From the NCBI RefSeq assembly GCF_004353825.1, contig NZ_SMNA01000003.1, positions 186,001 to 250,000 of the forward strand: a DNA stretch of 64,000 bases, in the 5' to 3' direction. The number at the start of each line of letters is the position of its first letter. The stretch's first letter is position 1. The notes beneath the pieces are model-generated. The model was not told the DNA's origin. It worked only from the letters and a program-made list of their open reading frames with translations, and did not search any database. Below are positions 28,783-38,992 of the stretch, piece by piece. The position numbers and the translations under genes are program-made. This DNA is from Occultella glacieicola. Its GTDB lineage: Bacteria > Actinomycetota > Actinomycetes > Actinomycetales > Beutenbergiaceae.

Positions 28783-28865
28783 GGGAAGACTCCTTCTTCG
28801 GGCGTGGCCTAGCAGACTGTTCGAGCATGCCAAGGCCGGAAAGGTGCGGCAATCGGGTGCGACAC

Positions 28866-28880
28866 TTCCGCTGCGCGGAA
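28866..28880. promoter_or_regulatory. IclR/AllR-type operator upstream of aceB
   Basis: TTCCGCTGCGCGGAA; a minus-strand TATCAT -10-like hexamer lies at 28901-28896. Confidence 0.75.
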
Positions 28881-28980
28881 TTGCGATTCCTTTGGATGAT
28901 AGCAGCGGGTGATTGTCACGCGTCGGCTCGTCCAGGGGTCGCCCTTGCCCTCACTGGCCCCGGGCCCGGAGGATGGCCGA

Positions 28981-29739
28981 ATGGACCCCGCGGACTTCTA
29001 CACCGGGCTCGTCGCCGATCTCTATGGTCCGCTGCGCTCGGTGCGGCAGACCGCGGCGCCCTACGAGAACTTCAACCTCGAGAGCGGCGAGCCCGCGCTT
29101 GAGCTCGGCTGTGGCGACGGCGACCCGCTATTGGAGCTGCGCCGTCGAGGTCTGGACGTCGACGGCGTGGACTCCTCCGCGGACATGCTCGCCCGGCTCC
29201 GGGCGCGGGCAGAGGACGCCGGTCTCACGGTGGCCGTGCACCACCAGCGGATGGAGGACCTCGACCTTCCCCGCCGGTACCGCTCGATCTTCCTGGCCGG
29301 CCCCACGTTCAACCTGCTCCCCGACGACGAGACGGCGGGGCGCGCCCTGACCCGGATCCGCGCCCACCTCGCCGAGGGTGGCACCGCTCTGGTGCCGCTG
29401 TTCATCCCCGACCCGGTGCCCGCATCGGCGATCGGGACGGCGAGCGAGAGCACGACCGCTGACGGCGCCCGGCTCCGGTGCACCACCGTGGCCGGCACCC
29501 GCGACGAGGAGCGACGGACCCAGCGCACCGCGTTGCGTTATGAGCGGGACTCGCCGTCGGGCGCTCCGGACGTGCTCGAGCGCGACTGGCTGCTGCACTG
29601 GCACACCACAGCGGGTTTCACCCGGCTCGCCGAGGCCGCGGGTCTGCGAACCGCCGCGGTCCGGACGTCGGACGGTGAGCCCGCCGCCCCGGACGCCACA
29701 TCGTTCACGTTCTGGCTCACGGCGGAAGGAGACTCATGA
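28981..29739 (+). CDS. Class I SAM-dependent methyltransferase
   Basis: ALELGCGDG, GVDSSADML, QRMEDL; GAGGAT 6 nt before ATG. Confidence 0.85.
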   Translation: MDPADFYTGLVADLYGPLRSVRQTAAPYENFNLESGEPALELGCGDGDPLLELRRRGLDVDGVDSSADMLARLRARAEDAGLTVAVHHQRMEDLDLPRRYRSIFLAGPTFNLLPDDETAGRALTRIRAHLAEGGTALVPLFIPDPVPASAIGTASESTTADGARLRCTTVAGTRDEERRTQRTALRYERDSPSGAPDVLERDWLLHWHTTAGFTRLAEAAGLRTAAVRTSDGEPAAPDATSFTFWLTAEGDS

Positions 29740-30695
29740 GGGCCGTCCGCTACGACCGATACGGGCCACCGGAGGTGCTCCGCATCGAGCAGGTGCCGGA
29801 GCCCACGCCGGGGCGCGGACAGGTGTTGGTGCGGGTGGCCGCGACGTCGATCAACCTCTCCGACTGGGAGTGTCTACGCGGCCGGCCGGCCTACGCCCGG
29901 CTCGGTGGCCTGCGTCGGCCGGTGCGAACACCGGTGCTCGGCTCGGACATCGCCGGATGGGTCGAGGCGGTCGGACCGGATGTCACCAGGTTCCGCGCCG
30001 GCGACGAGGTGTACGGGGACAACCTCGCCCTCAAGGGCGGCTTCGCCGAGTACGCCGTGGCGCCCGAGGGTGCGCTGGCGCTCAAACCTGCGGACCTGAG
30101 CTTCGCGCAGGCCTCGAGCCTGCCCCAGGCGGGTGCCATCGCCCGGCACGCGACGTCAGCCGTCCGCCGCGGGGACCGGGTCCTGATCAACGGCGCCGGC
30201 GGCGGCTCGGGGATGTTCGCGATCCAGTTCGCAGCCGCCGCGGGAGCCCACGTGACGGGGGTGGACAACGCAGGCAAGCTCGACTTCATGCGCTCGCTCG
30301 GGGCCGCCGACGTGCTCGACTATCGCGCGCAGGACTTCACCCGGACCGGGCCCTATGACCGCATCGTCGACCTGGTCGCCCATCGGTCGCCGTTCGCGTA
30401 TCGGCGGGCCCTGGCCCGGGGTGGCCGCTACGGCATGGTCGGCGGCGGCGTTCCGACCATGATCGGGGTGGGGACCGTCGGAGCCATCGCGGCTCTCCTC
30501 ACCGGCCGCCGGCTCGGGATCATGGCGGTGCCGTCCGGGCCGAAGCACTTCGAGCCGGTGGCGCAACGATGCGTCGACGGTGAGGCCACGATCAGGATCG
30601 ACCGCACCTTTCCCCTCCTCGACGTCGCCGACGCATTGACCTACGTCGGCACCGGACGCGCCCTGGGCAAGGTGGTGGTGGACGTCGCCTCCTGA
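29736..30695 (+). CDS. NAD(P)-dependent MDR (quinone oxidoreductase/alcohol dehydrogenase-like) protein
   Basis: YGPPEVL, LGSDIAG, GGFAEY, VLINGAGGGSG, GKVVV. Confidence 0.88.
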   Translation: MRAVRYDRYGPPEVLRIEQVPEPTPGRGQVLVRVAATSINLSDWECLRGRPAYARLGGLRRPVRTPVLGSDIAGWVEAVGPDVTRFRAGDEVYGDNLALKGGFAEYAVAPEGALALKPADLSFAQASSLPQAGAIARHATSAVRRGDRVLINGAGGGSGMFAIQFAAAAGAHVTGVDNAGKLDFMRSLGAADVLDYRAQDFTRTGPYDRIVDLVAHRSPFAYRRALARGGRYGMVGGGVPTMIGVGTVGAIAALLTGRRLGIMAVPSGPKHFEPVAQRCVDGEATIRIDRTFPLLDVADALTYVGTGRALGKVVVDVAS

Positions 30696-30892
30696 CGCGC
30701 CCCACGTCGTCGAGAGTGTCGTCGTGCGGCCGATCGCGTCATTGAGCCGCTGATCAGCACCCTCGGCGGGGCGGCACTTCGGCGAGCGCGCCGTCCTGCG
30801 GCTCATGGGCCGGTTCTGCCGCAGAACCGCACCCGCGGTCGCCGGTCCGGGCCCTTGACCGGGCCACGGGGACCGGTGGTAGCGTCCCGGGC

Positions 30893-30989
30893 ACCGGCAC
30901 GAGGCGACCGTGAGCCCCTTCGGGCTCCGGCCCGGCGCCGGTTCCTGGATCAGCAGACAGGACCTCACTGAGCTGGCGGCATGGTCGCC
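30893..30989 (+). ncRNA. Candidate structured 5' leader (possible purine-sensing riboswitch)
   Basis: Stem ACCGGC/GCCGGT enclosing GAGGCG...CCGG and hairpin GAGCCC-CTTC-GGGCTC; further hairpins downstream; preceded by TTGACC-N19-TAGCGT (30855-30885). Confidence 0.35.
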
Positions 30990-31031
30990 GCCCGTGGCCG
31001 CGCCGTTCGTCCGAACCGAAAGGCGAGTCGC

Positions 31032-32411
31032 GTGAGCACCCTCTGGCTATCCCACCCGCAGGCCATCTTCACCGGCAGCAGTTCCGCCGCAGGGGCCGAC
31101 TCCGGCCGATCCGCCGCCGGCGGTGTGGTCGTCGACACCGGGACCGGCACCGTCGTCGAACTGGTCGCCGCCGGTGCTCGGCCGGCCACGGCCCCGGACG
31201 AGACCTTCGATGTGTCCTCGCACGTGCTCATCCCGGGCCTGATCAACACCCACCACCACTTCTACCAGACCCTCACCCGGGCCTGGGGGCCGGTCGTGAA
31301 TGTGCCGCTGTTCCCGTGGCTGGTGAACCTGTACCCGGTCTGGGCCCGGCTCACCCCGCGCGCGCTGGAACTGGCCACCACGGTGGCGATGGCCGAACTG
31401 CTGCGCTCGGGCTGCACCACGGCGGCCGACCACCACTACCTGTTCCCGGACGGCATGGAGGACTCGATCGACATCCAGGTCGGTGCCGCGCGGGCCCTCG
31501 GCATGCGGGCCACGCTGACCCGCGGGTCGATGACCCTCGGCGAGAAGGACGGCGGTCTGCCCCCGCAGTCCACCGTGCAGGATCCGGACGTCATCCTGGC
31601 GGACTCCCAACGGTTGATCGACCGCTACCATGAGCGCGGCGACGGCGCGATGATCCAGATCGCCCTGGCGCCATGCTCACCGTTCTCGGTGACCACGCAG
31701 ATCATGGCCGACAGCGCCGAGCTCGCCGCCGCCAACGACGTCCGCCTGCACACCCACCTTGCCGAGACCATCGACGAGGAGGACTTCTGCCTCGAACGGT
31801 TCGGGATGCGCACCGTCGACTACCTGGACTCGGTCGGTTGGCTCTCCGAACGCACCTGGCTCGGGCACGGCATCCACTTCGACGACGACGAGATCGCCCG
31901 CCTCGGCGGCGCGCGCACCGCGGTGGCGCATTGCCCCACGTCCAACATGCGCCTGGCGTCGGGGATCTGCCGGGCGGTGGAACTGGAGGATGCCGGGGTG
32001 CCGGTGGGCATCGGCGTGGACGGCTCGGCCTCCAACGACGCGTCCAACATGATCCTCGAGGTCCGTCAGGCGATGTACCTGCAGCGGCTTCGCTACGGCG
32101 CGGATCAGGTCACCACCGAACGCGCACTGGGCTGGGCCACGACCGGCTCCGCCCGGGCGCTGGGCCGCGAGGACATCGGGGAACTCGCCGTCGGCAAGCA
32201 GGCCGACCTGGCCATGTACCGCCTCGACGACCTGCGCTTCTCCGGCAGCCACGACCCCCTGTCCGCGCTGCTGCTGTGCGGCGCGGACCGCGCGGACCGG
32301 GTCATGATCGGCGGCACCTGGAGGGTCACCGGCGGCGAGATCACCGGCCTGGACGTGCCCGCGCTGGTCGCCGAGCACAGCGAGCTGGCCCGCGCGCTGG
32401 TGGCTGGCTGA
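31032..32411 (+). CDS. 8-oxoguanine deaminase (amidohydrolase)
   Basis: PGLINTHHHFYQTLTR, DHHYLFP, LAPCSPFSV, HTHLAET, HCPTSNMRLASG, GVDGSASND. Confidence 0.88.
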   Translation: MSTLWLSHPQAIFTGSSSAAGADSGRSAAGGVVVDTGTGTVVELVAAGARPATAPDETFDVSSHVLIPGLINTHHHFYQTLTRAWGPVVNVPLFPWLVNLYPVWARLTPRALELATTVAMAELLRSGCTTAADHHYLFPDGMEDSIDIQVGAARALGMRATLTRGSMTLGEKDGGLPPQSTVQDPDVILADSQRLIDRYHERGDGAMIQIALAPCSPFSVTTQIMADSAELAAANDVRLHTHLAETIDEEDFCLERFGMRTVDYLDSVGWLSERTWLGHGIHFDDDEIARLGGARTAVAHCPTSNMRLASGICRAVELEDAGVPVGIGVDGSASNDASNMILEVRQAMYLQRLRYGADQVTTERALGWATTGSARALGREDIGELAVGKQADLAMYRLDDLRFSGSHDPLSALLLCGADRADRVMIGGTWRVTGGEITGLDVPALVAEHSELARALVAG

Positions 32412-32426
32412 GCGCGGGCCGTCGAC

Positions 32427-32489
32427 ATCGCACCTGCCACCTCGAACTCGGACCACGCGCATGTCCGAACTCAGAGCAGCACGTGCGAT
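32427..32489. repeat. Intergenic nested inverted repeat (REP-like element or bidirectional terminator)
   Basis: ATCGCACCTGC (32427-32437) and GCACGTGCGAT (32479-32489) are 10/11 complementary and enclose TCGGAC-N9-GTCCGA, between convergent genes. Confidence 0.5.
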
Positions 32490-32517
32490 CTCAGCGAAAC
32501 GGGTCGGCGCGGGGCGG

Positions 32518-33117
32518 TCAGCGCCAGCCCGCGCTCGCGACGGCGTACTCGTCCTCCAGCACGCCCATCAGGATCGCGTCGTAGTAGCGACCGGAGTCCA
32601 GGTAGGACTCGCGGATCCGGCCCTCCACCACGAAGCCGAGCGACTGGTAGAGCGCGGCAGCGCGCGGGTTGATGCTGAGCACCTCGAGCCCCACCCGGTG
32701 CAGGCCGAGCCCGGCCCCGTCCGGACCCACGAACGCGAACGTGAGCACCAGCATGATCGCCTCGCGCCCGTACCCGCGTCCACGGTGACCGGGGTTGGTG
32801 AGCAGCCGGATCTCGGCGCGGCGCGATGCCGGGTCGACGTCCTCGAGGGCGATCGCACCGACCATCAGGCCACCGTCGGTGCACATCGCCCAGTCGTAGC
32901 GGCCCTCGAGCTCGGCGGCCCCGGCGGCCCACTCGGCGATCTCCTCGCGGGTGCGTCCATCACCACCGCCGGTCTGCTGCCGGCCCTCCGGGTCACTGAC
33001 GCCGATCCAGAGGTCCTCGGCATCGGCGGCCCCGATCGGCCGCAGCGTGACCATCTCTCCCGGAAGCGTCGGAACCGCCCAATCGACACCCGGCATGGCA
33101 CTCCCCATCGCAGTCAT
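32518..33117 (-). CDS. GNAT family N-acetyltransferase (RimJ/RimL-like)
   Basis: VTLRPI, HRGRGYGREA, GLHRVGLEV, NPRAAALYQSLGF, EGRIRE; start may be 33108 or 33096. Confidence 0.85.
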   Translation of the reverse strand: MTAMGSAMPGVDWAVPTLPGEMVTLRPIGAADAEDLWIGVSDPEGRQQTGGGDGRTREEIAEWAAGAAELEGRYDWAMCTDGGLMVGAIALEDVDPASRRAEIRLLTNPGHRGRGYGREAIMLVLTFAFVGPDGAGLGLHRVGLEVLSINPRAAALYQSLGFVVEGRIRESYLDSGRYYDAILMGVLEDEYAVASAGWR

Positions 33118-33188
33118 CGGCGAGCCCGGCCGCGCCCCACTGCGCGCCTCGGCCTCACCTCCGACGCTAGCACTCGCGTGCCCGCGGT

Positions 33189-34691
33189 TCAGCCGAGGCG
33201 CTCCATGATCAGTTCCCGGACCCGGCCGGCGTCCGCCTGACCGCGGGTGGCCTTCATGACCGCCCCGATCACGGCGCCGATCGGGCCGAGGTTGCCGGAC
33301 CGGATCTTGTCGGCGATGTCCGGCTGGGCGGCGAGGGTCTCGTCGATGACCGCGAGCAGCGGGCCGTCGTCGGAGACCACCTCGAGGCCGCGGGCTGTGA
33401 CGACGTCCTCCGGGGACCCCTCGCCGGCGAGCACGCCCTCGAGGACCTGCCGGGCCAGCTTGTCGTTGATCCGACCGGACTCCACGAGAGCCTGCAGCTG
33501 CCCGATCTGCTCGGGCGTGACCGGAAGCTCCTCGAGCGCCACGCCCTCGGTCTTGGCGGTGCGGGCCAGCTCGCCCATCCACCACTTGCGGGCTGCGGCC
33601 GGGGACGCCCCGGCGGCGATGGTCGTCTCGATGATCTCCACCGCACCGGCGTTGACCACGTCGCGCATCTCGGCGTCGGCGTAGCCCCACTCCTCGCGCA
33701 GCCGGCGCCGGCGCGCGACCGGCGCCTCCGGCAGGCTCGCTCGGATCTCCTCGATCCACTCCCGCGGCGGCGCCAGCGGCACCAGGTCGGGCTCGGGGAA
33801 GTACCGGTAGTCGTCCGCGTCGGACTTGACCCGGCCCGAGGACGTCGAACCGGTGTCCTCGTGGAAGTGCCGGGTCTCCTGCAGAACGGAACCTCCACCG
33901 TCGAGCACCGCGGCCTGCCGCGACACCTCGTAGCGGACCGAGCGCTCGATGGAGCGGAACGAGTTCACGTTCTTGGTCTCGGTGCGGGTGCCCAACGGCA
34001 CGTCCGGGGATGTGCGAAGGGACAGGTTCACGTCCGCGCGCACGTTCCCGCGCTCCATCCGCGCCTCGGAGACCCCGAGGGAGCGGAAGATGTCCCGCAG
34101 CGTCTGCACGTACACCCGGGCGATCTCCGGCCCGCGGGTGCCGACGCCGGTGATCGGGCGGGTGACGATCTCCACGAGCGGGATGCCGGCCCGGTTGTAG
34201 TCCACGAGGGAGTACTCCGCGCCATGGATCCGCCCGGTGGCGCCACCGACGTGCGTGTTCTTGCCGGCGTCCTCCTCCATGTGGGCCCGCTCGATCTCCA
34301 CGCGGAAGACCTCGCCGTCGTCGAGCTCGATGTCGAGGTGGCCGTCGAACGCGATCGGCTCGTCGTACTGGGAGGTCTGGAAGTTCTTCGGCACGTCCGG
34401 GTAGAAGTAGTTCTTCCGGGCGAACCGGCAGGTCTCGGCGATCTGGCAGTTCAGGGCCAGGCCGATCCGGATCGCGTACTCCACGGCGGTGCCGTTCACG
34501 ACCGGCAGGGCGCCGGGCAGGCCGAGGGAGACCGGGGTGACCGAGGTGTTCGGGACCTCGCCGAAGGAGGCGGGGGCGTCGTCGAACATCTTCGTGGCGG
34601 TGCCGAGCTCGACGTGCACCTCGATGCCGAGGACGGCGTCGTAGCGGGCGATCGCGTCGTCGTAGTCGACGAGTTCGTCGGTGACACTCAT
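33189..34691 (-). CDS. gatB: Asp/Glu-tRNA amidotransferase subunit B
   Basis: [44 protein letters not shown]. Confidence 0.98.
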   Translation of the reverse strand: MSVTDELVDYDDAIARYDAVLGIEVHVELGTATKMFDDAPASFGEVPNTSVTPVSLGLPGALPVVNGTAVEYAIRIGLALNCQIAETCRFARKNYFYPDVPKNFQTSQYDEPIAFDGHLDIELDDGEVFRVEIERAHMEEDAGKNTHVGGATGRIHGAEYSLVDYNRAGIPLVEIVTRPITGVGTRGPEIARVYVQTLRDIFRSLGVSEARMERGNVRADVNLSLRTSPDVPLGTRTETKNVNSFRSIERSVRYEVSRQAAVLDGGGSVLQETRHFHEDTGSTSSGRVKSDADDYRYFPEPDLVPLAPPREWIEEIRASLPEAPVARRRRLREEWGYADAEMRDVVNAGAVEIIETTIAAGASPAAARKWWMGELARTAKTEGVALEELPVTPEQIGQLQALVESGRINDKLARQVLEGVLAGEGSPEDVVTARGLEVVSDDGPLLAVIDETLAAQPDIADKIRSGNLGPIGAVIGAVMKATRGQADAGRVRELIMERLG

Positions 34692-36202
34692 GCGTTGACC
34701 TCGAGTTCCGGGGCGCGGGACAGCAGCGGGGCGCCCCACTGGGCGAGCAGCAGGGATTCCAGGGCGGCGCCGACACGGTAGAGCCGCTCGTCGGCGCGGG
34801 CCGGGGCGAGGATCTGGAACCCGACCGGCAGGCCGTCGTCGGACAGCCCGCTCGGCAGGGACAGGCCCGGCACACCGGCCAGGTTCGCCGGGATGGTGGC
34901 GACGTCGTTGAGGTACATCGCCATCGGGTCGTCGACCTTGTCCCCGAACTTGAACGCCGTGGTCGGCGCCGTCGGGGAGACCAGCACGTCCGCCTGCGCG
35001 AACGCGGCGTCGAAGTCCCGCTGGATCAGGGTGCGGACCTTCTGGGCGCTGCCGTAGTACGCGTCGTAGTAGCCCGCCGAGAGGGCGTAGGTGCCGAGGA
35101 TGATGCGGCGCTTGACCTCGTCCCCGAAGCCGGCGCCGCGGGTCGCGGCCATCACCCGCTCGGCCGTGACCGGGCCCTCGGTGGGCTCGACCCGCAGGCC
35201 GAACCGCATGCCGTCGAACTTGGCCAGGTTCGAGGAGGCCTCCGACGGCAGGATCAGGTAGTACGCGGCGAGCGCGGCCGTGAAGCTCGGGCAGGAGACC
35301 TCCACGATCTCCGCGCCGGCGTTCGTGAGCAGCTCCAGGCTCGCCTCGAAGCTGGCGCGGACGCCAGGCTGGTAGCCCTCGCCGCCGAGCTCGGTAACGA
35401 CGCCGACCTTGAGGCCGGTCAGGTCGCCGGTGGCGCCCGCCCTCGCGGCCTCGGTGTATGACGGCGCCCGCTCGCTCAGAGAGGTCGAGTCACGTGGGTC
35501 GTGGCCGCCGATGACGTCGTGCAGGAGCGCCGAGTCGAGCACGGTGCGGGTGCACGGGCCGGCCTGGTCCAAGCTGGAGGCGAGCGCGATCAGCCCGTAG
35601 CGGGAGACGCTGCCGTAGGTGGGCTTGACGCCCACGGTGCCGGTGACGGCGGCCGGCTGGCGGATCGAGCCGCCGGTGTCGGTGCCGATCGCCAGCGGCG
35701 CCTCGAACGCGGCGACCGCGGCGGCGGAGCCACCGCCCGATCCGCCGGGGATCCGCCCCAGATCCCACGGGTTGCGAGTGGGCCCGTACGCGGAGTGCTC
35801 CGTGGAGGAGCCCATCGCGAACTCGTCCATGTTCGTCTTGCCGAGGATCGGCATCCCGGCGGCGCGCAGCCGCTCGACCAGGGTCGCGTCGTACGGCGGC
35901 ACCCAGCCCTCGAGGATCTTCGAGCCGGCCGTGGTGACCTGACCCTTGGTGACCACGACGTCCTTGACTGCGATCGGTACGCCGGCCAGTGCGGGCAGGT
36001 CCTCGCCGGCGGCGCGGGCGGTGTCCACCGCGACCGCGGCGGCGAGCGCCTCGTCGGTGTTCGTGTGCAGGAAGGCGTGCACGGCGCCGTCGACGGCGCC
36101 GATCCGGTCCAGGTGCGCCTGGGTGACCTCGACGCTGGAGACCTCGCCGGCGGCGAGCCTGGTGGCGAGTTCGGCCGCGGTCACGCGGGTGAGGTCGCTC
36201 AC
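34688..36202 (-). CDS. gatA: Asp/Glu-tRNA amidotransferase subunit A
   Basis: Amidase signature [41 protein letters not shown]. Confidence 0.98.
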   Translation of the reverse strand: MSDLTRVTAAELATRLAAGEVSSVEVTQAHLDRIGAVDGAVHAFLHTNTDEALAAAVAVDTARAAGEDLPALAGVPIAVKDVVVTKGQVTTAGSKILEGWVPPYDATLVERLRAAGMPILGKTNMDEFAMGSSTEHSAYGPTRNPWDLGRIPGGSGGGSAAAVAAFEAPLAIGTDTGGSIRQPAAVTGTVGVKPTYGSVSRYGLIALASSLDQAGPCTRTVLDSALLHDVIGGHDPRDSTSLSERAPSYTEAARAGATGDLTGLKVGVVTELGGEGYQPGVRASFEASLELLTNAGAEIVEVSCPSFTAALAAYYLILPSEASSNLAKFDGMRFGLRVEPTEGPVTAERVMAATRGAGFGDEVKRRIILGTYALSAGYYDAYYGSAQKVRTLIQRDFDAAFAQADVLVSPTAPTTAFKFGDKVDDPMAMYLNDVATIPANLAGVPGLSLPSGLSDDGLPVGFQILAPARADERLYRVGAALESLLLAQWGAPLLSRAPELEVNA

Positions 36203-36498
36203 TGCTCCTCCCCCAGGATCTGCGGCACCAGGAACATGCCCTCCTCGGCGGCGGGCGCCTGGGCGAGCACCTCGTCCACGGGCAGGGTCCGCCCGACCAC
36301 GTCGTCCCGCAGCACGTTCGTGAGCGGGATCGGGTGGCTGGTGGCGGGGACGTCGTCGCCGGCCACCTCGCTCACGGTCGCGACGGCCTGGACGATGACG
36401 TCGAGCTCACCGGCGAGGCGGGTGATCTCGTCGGGAGCGAGGTCGATTCGGGCGAGCGCGGCAAGGCGCGCGACCTCATCGGAATTGATGGTGGACAT
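36199..36498 (-). CDS. gatC: Asp/Glu-tRNA amidotransferase subunit C
   Basis: [34 protein letters not shown] 7 nt upstream (leaderless). Confidence 0.96.
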   Translation of the reverse strand: MSTINSDEVARLAALARIDLAPDEITRLAGELDVIVQAVATVSEVAGDDVPATSHPIPLTNVLRDDVVGRTLPVDEVLAQAPAAEEGMFLVPQILGEEQ

Positions 36499-36642
36499 GG
36501 CCGCGAGTCTACCCAGCGGCCGGCACCCGCCCGCCCCACGCGTACCAGCCGCCACGAGCGCGCGGTTCTGCGGCGGATCAGGCCCGTGAGCCGCAGATCA
36601 GCACGTTCGTGAGGCCGCGGTGGGGCGTCTACGGTTGTGTGC

Positions 36643-37692
36643 GTGAGCGAGAACGGCATCGTGGGAGACGACAAGGACTGGACCTGGGTGCTCGACCGCC
36701 CGTGCCCGGACTGCGGGCTCGAGGCCGGGGCGATCATGCTCGAGGACGTCCCGGGCGCGATCCGGGCGCAGATCCCGCTCTGGCCCGAGGTGCTGCGCCG
36801 CCCCGACGTGCGCGAGCGGCCCGACCCGGGCACCTGGTCCACGCTGGAGTACGCGGCGCATGTGCGCGACGTGTTCGAGGTGTTCGCCGGCCGTCTGGAC
36901 CTGATGCTCACGCAGACCGACCCGCTGTTCCCGAACTGGGACCAGGACGCCGCCGCCCTCGAGGGCCGCTACCGCGAGCTCGAGCCGCACGACGTCGCCC
37001 TGGAACTGCAGCGCCGCGGCGCCTCGCTGGCCTCCGACTTCGACGCGGTCACCCCCGAGCAGGCGACCCGCTCCGGGCTGCGCAGCAACGGCTCGGTGTT
37101 CACGGTGCTGACCCTCGCGCAGTACCTGCTGCACGACCTGGTCCACCACGCCTGGGACATCACCCATGGCCGCCCCGGCCACGAGCGGAGCGGGGACCTT
37201 CCCCCCGAGCCTGTGGTGGGTGCCAACGGTGCGGTCGTCGCGACCGGGAAGGACCCGGCCGACGGCGGCCCGGGTGTGGTCGGGGCCGGTTCCGTCGACG
37301 AAGGGTCGGCCGGGGCCGGCCAACCGGACGGCGCGCAGGGCGCGGACACCCCCGATCGGCAGGCGGAGGCCGATGAGCCGGCGGAGGCTGAGCCGGACAA
37401 GAAGGACCTCCCGCCCATCCAGCGGTTCGCTCACCGGCACCGGTTGGCCGTCGGCCTGACCCTCGGAGTGATCGCGCTCGCGCTCGCGGTGCTGTTCGCC
37501 GTCGCCACGCCCGACTCGGACGGAGGCGGCTTCTCGGGCTTCGTCACCCGGTGGGCCAGCTCACTGTGCTGGCTGCTGGTGTCCGCAGTGGCGGTCTCCT
37601 GGGGTCTGCGAGCCCGTCGCAGCACGACGAACGGCCTCGCCTGGCTGGGGATCGCCTGCTACGCCTGCTACCTGTTCTTCCGGGCGGGGTGA
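36643..37692 (+). CDS. DinB-family protein with low-complexity linker and C-terminal 3-TM domain
   Basis: KDWTWVL, CPDCG, WSTLEYAAHVRDV, LHDLVHHAWD; hydrophobic C-terminus; TACGGT 7 nt upstream. Confidence 0.8.
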   Translation: MSENGIVGDDKDWTWVLDRPCPDCGLEAGAIMLEDVPGAIRAQIPLWPEVLRRPDVRERPDPGTWSTLEYAAHVRDVFEVFAGRLDLMLTQTDPLFPNWDQDAAALEGRYRELEPHDVALELQRRGASLASDFDAVTPEQATRSGLRSNGSVFTVLTLAQYLLHDLVHHAWDITHGRPGHERSGDLPPEPVVGANGAVVATGKDPADGGPGVVGAGSVDEGSAGAGQPDGAQGADTPDRQAEADEPAEAEPDKKDLPPIQRFAHRHRLAVGLTLGVIALALAVLFAVATPDSDGGGFSGFVTRWASSLCWLLVSAVAVSWGLRARRSTTNGLAWLGIACYACYLFFRAG

Positions 37693-37708
37693 GGCGGATA
37701 CTGGCCGG

Positions 37709-38074
37709 ATGGACCCTGAGCCGGTGCTCCGCGCCGTCGACTGCGTGACGATCCCCGTCCCCGACCTGGACACCGGCCTCGCGTTCTACGCGAACTCCCT
37801 CGGCCACGAGCTGCTCTGGCGCGACGAGACCACCGGGCAGGCCGGCCTCCGGCTCCCGGACACCGAGACCGAGCTCGTCCTGACCGCCACCGCGCCCTAC
37901 GCGCCCGCCTGGCTCGTCGACGCCGTTCCGACGGCCGTGAACAGCCTCGTCGCGGCCGGCGCCACCGTGCGCCGGCCGGTCACCGAGATCCCGGTCGGGC
38001 GGCTGGCCGTGGTCACCGACCCGTTCGGCAACGACCTCGTGCTCCTGGACCTCTCCACCGGCCGTTACCGGTGA
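37709..38074 (+). CDS. VOC/glyoxalase family protein
   Basis: VPDLDTGLAFY, EIPVGRLAVVTDPFGN. Confidence 0.82.
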   Translation: MDPEPVLRAVDCVTIPVPDLDTGLAFYANSLGHELLWRDETTGQAGLRLPDTETELVLTATAPYAPAWLVDAVPTAVNSLVAAGATVRRPVTEIPVGRLAVVTDPFGNDLVLLDLSTGRYR

Positions 38075-38613
38075 TGCGAACTCTCGAGGTGCGCCGCCAT
38101 GCACTGACGAAGAAGGGACCGGCGCGCGGGGCCGGGTCCGTGCTCTCCGCTGAGGGCGTCAGGCGGGCTCGGCACCACGGCGAGTCTCTTCCCGAGGCCG
38201 GCTATGTCCTGACCGGTCCCGACCGGCGCCATGTCGAGACCGCTATCGCGATGGGTTACGCAGTGGACGAGATGGTCCCCTGGCCGTCGGGATACCTCAC
38301 CGGCGTCGTCGAACACCACGACCAGTGGCGCTGGGAACGCCCCTTCGAGCGATACGCCGACCTCCTGGAGTCGAGCAGGTCCCTCCGGGGCGTCGCGCAG
38401 ACGCACCTGGCGCACTGGCTCCGGGCCGTCGGGCGGGTCGATCGGGGCGGGATGGCGCTGGTGGTCTCATCGGGAGGTTCGATCGAACCCGTGCTCGTCG
38501 CGGCAGCACCGGATGGCGACCACGCCGGCTGGGGACCAGCCCTCCAGCACCTCCAGGGCGCCACCTTGAACTTCGACGGCGACACCTGCGTCAGCGTGAC
38601 GATTCGGCGCTGA
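38074..38613 (+). CDS. Hypothetical protein, histidine-phosphatase (PGM)-like
   Basis: LEVRRH, LSAEG, RHVETA, ALVVSSGG pattern (the second catalytic His position reads Ser); start overlaps the VOC stop. Confidence 0.55.
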   Translation: MRTLEVRRHALTKKGPARGAGSVLSAEGVRRARHHGESLPEAGYVLTGPDRRHVETAIAMGYAVDEMVPWPSGYLTGVVEHHDQWRWERPFERYADLLESSRSLRGVAQTHLAHWLRAVGRVDRGGMALVVSSGGSIEPVLVAAAPDGDHAGWGPALQHLQGATLNFDGDTCVSVTIRR

Positions 38614-38682
38614 CCCGGCCAGGACCGGTGACGAGGGCCGAGGATCGACGGCGATGCGCAGCACGCGACCGCCGCGCCCGGA

Positions 38683-38992
38683 TCACACGAGTCCGAGGTA
38701 GTGGATCACCGCCTGCTCGACCAGGGTCATGTCGTCGTGGTCAGACGGGCTCACCGACGAGATAGTCGGTGTCCACCGTCCGGATCTGGTCGACGAGCAG
38801 CAGGGTCTGCCGACCGTCGATCAGGAGTTCCGGGCGGAACGTCGCCGGGCCGGCGCTCGTCGACGTGGGCACGATGGTCGCGACCGACCAGTTCATCTGA
38901 GAAGGCGAGAGCACGAGGCCGAGTCTGCGACCGCCTTGCTCGTAACCACGCGGCGCACCGAGGTCGACCCGACAGACGGCGCCACGGATCAC
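38683..38992 (-). pseudogene. PemK/MazF-family toxin, apparently frameshifted near the C-terminus
   Basis: MIRGAVCRVDLG..RGYEQGGRR..VPTSTS..DQIRTVD..GEPV stops at 38741; the adjacent frame continues DHDDMTLVEQAVIHYLGLV* to 38683. Confidence 0.7.

Noticed and set aside
38741..38743. Stop readthrough or selenocysteine at the toxin TGA
   Set aside because: In-frame continuation (PRRHDPGRAGG...) is not MazF-like; the plausible tail is in another frame and no slippery run is evident.
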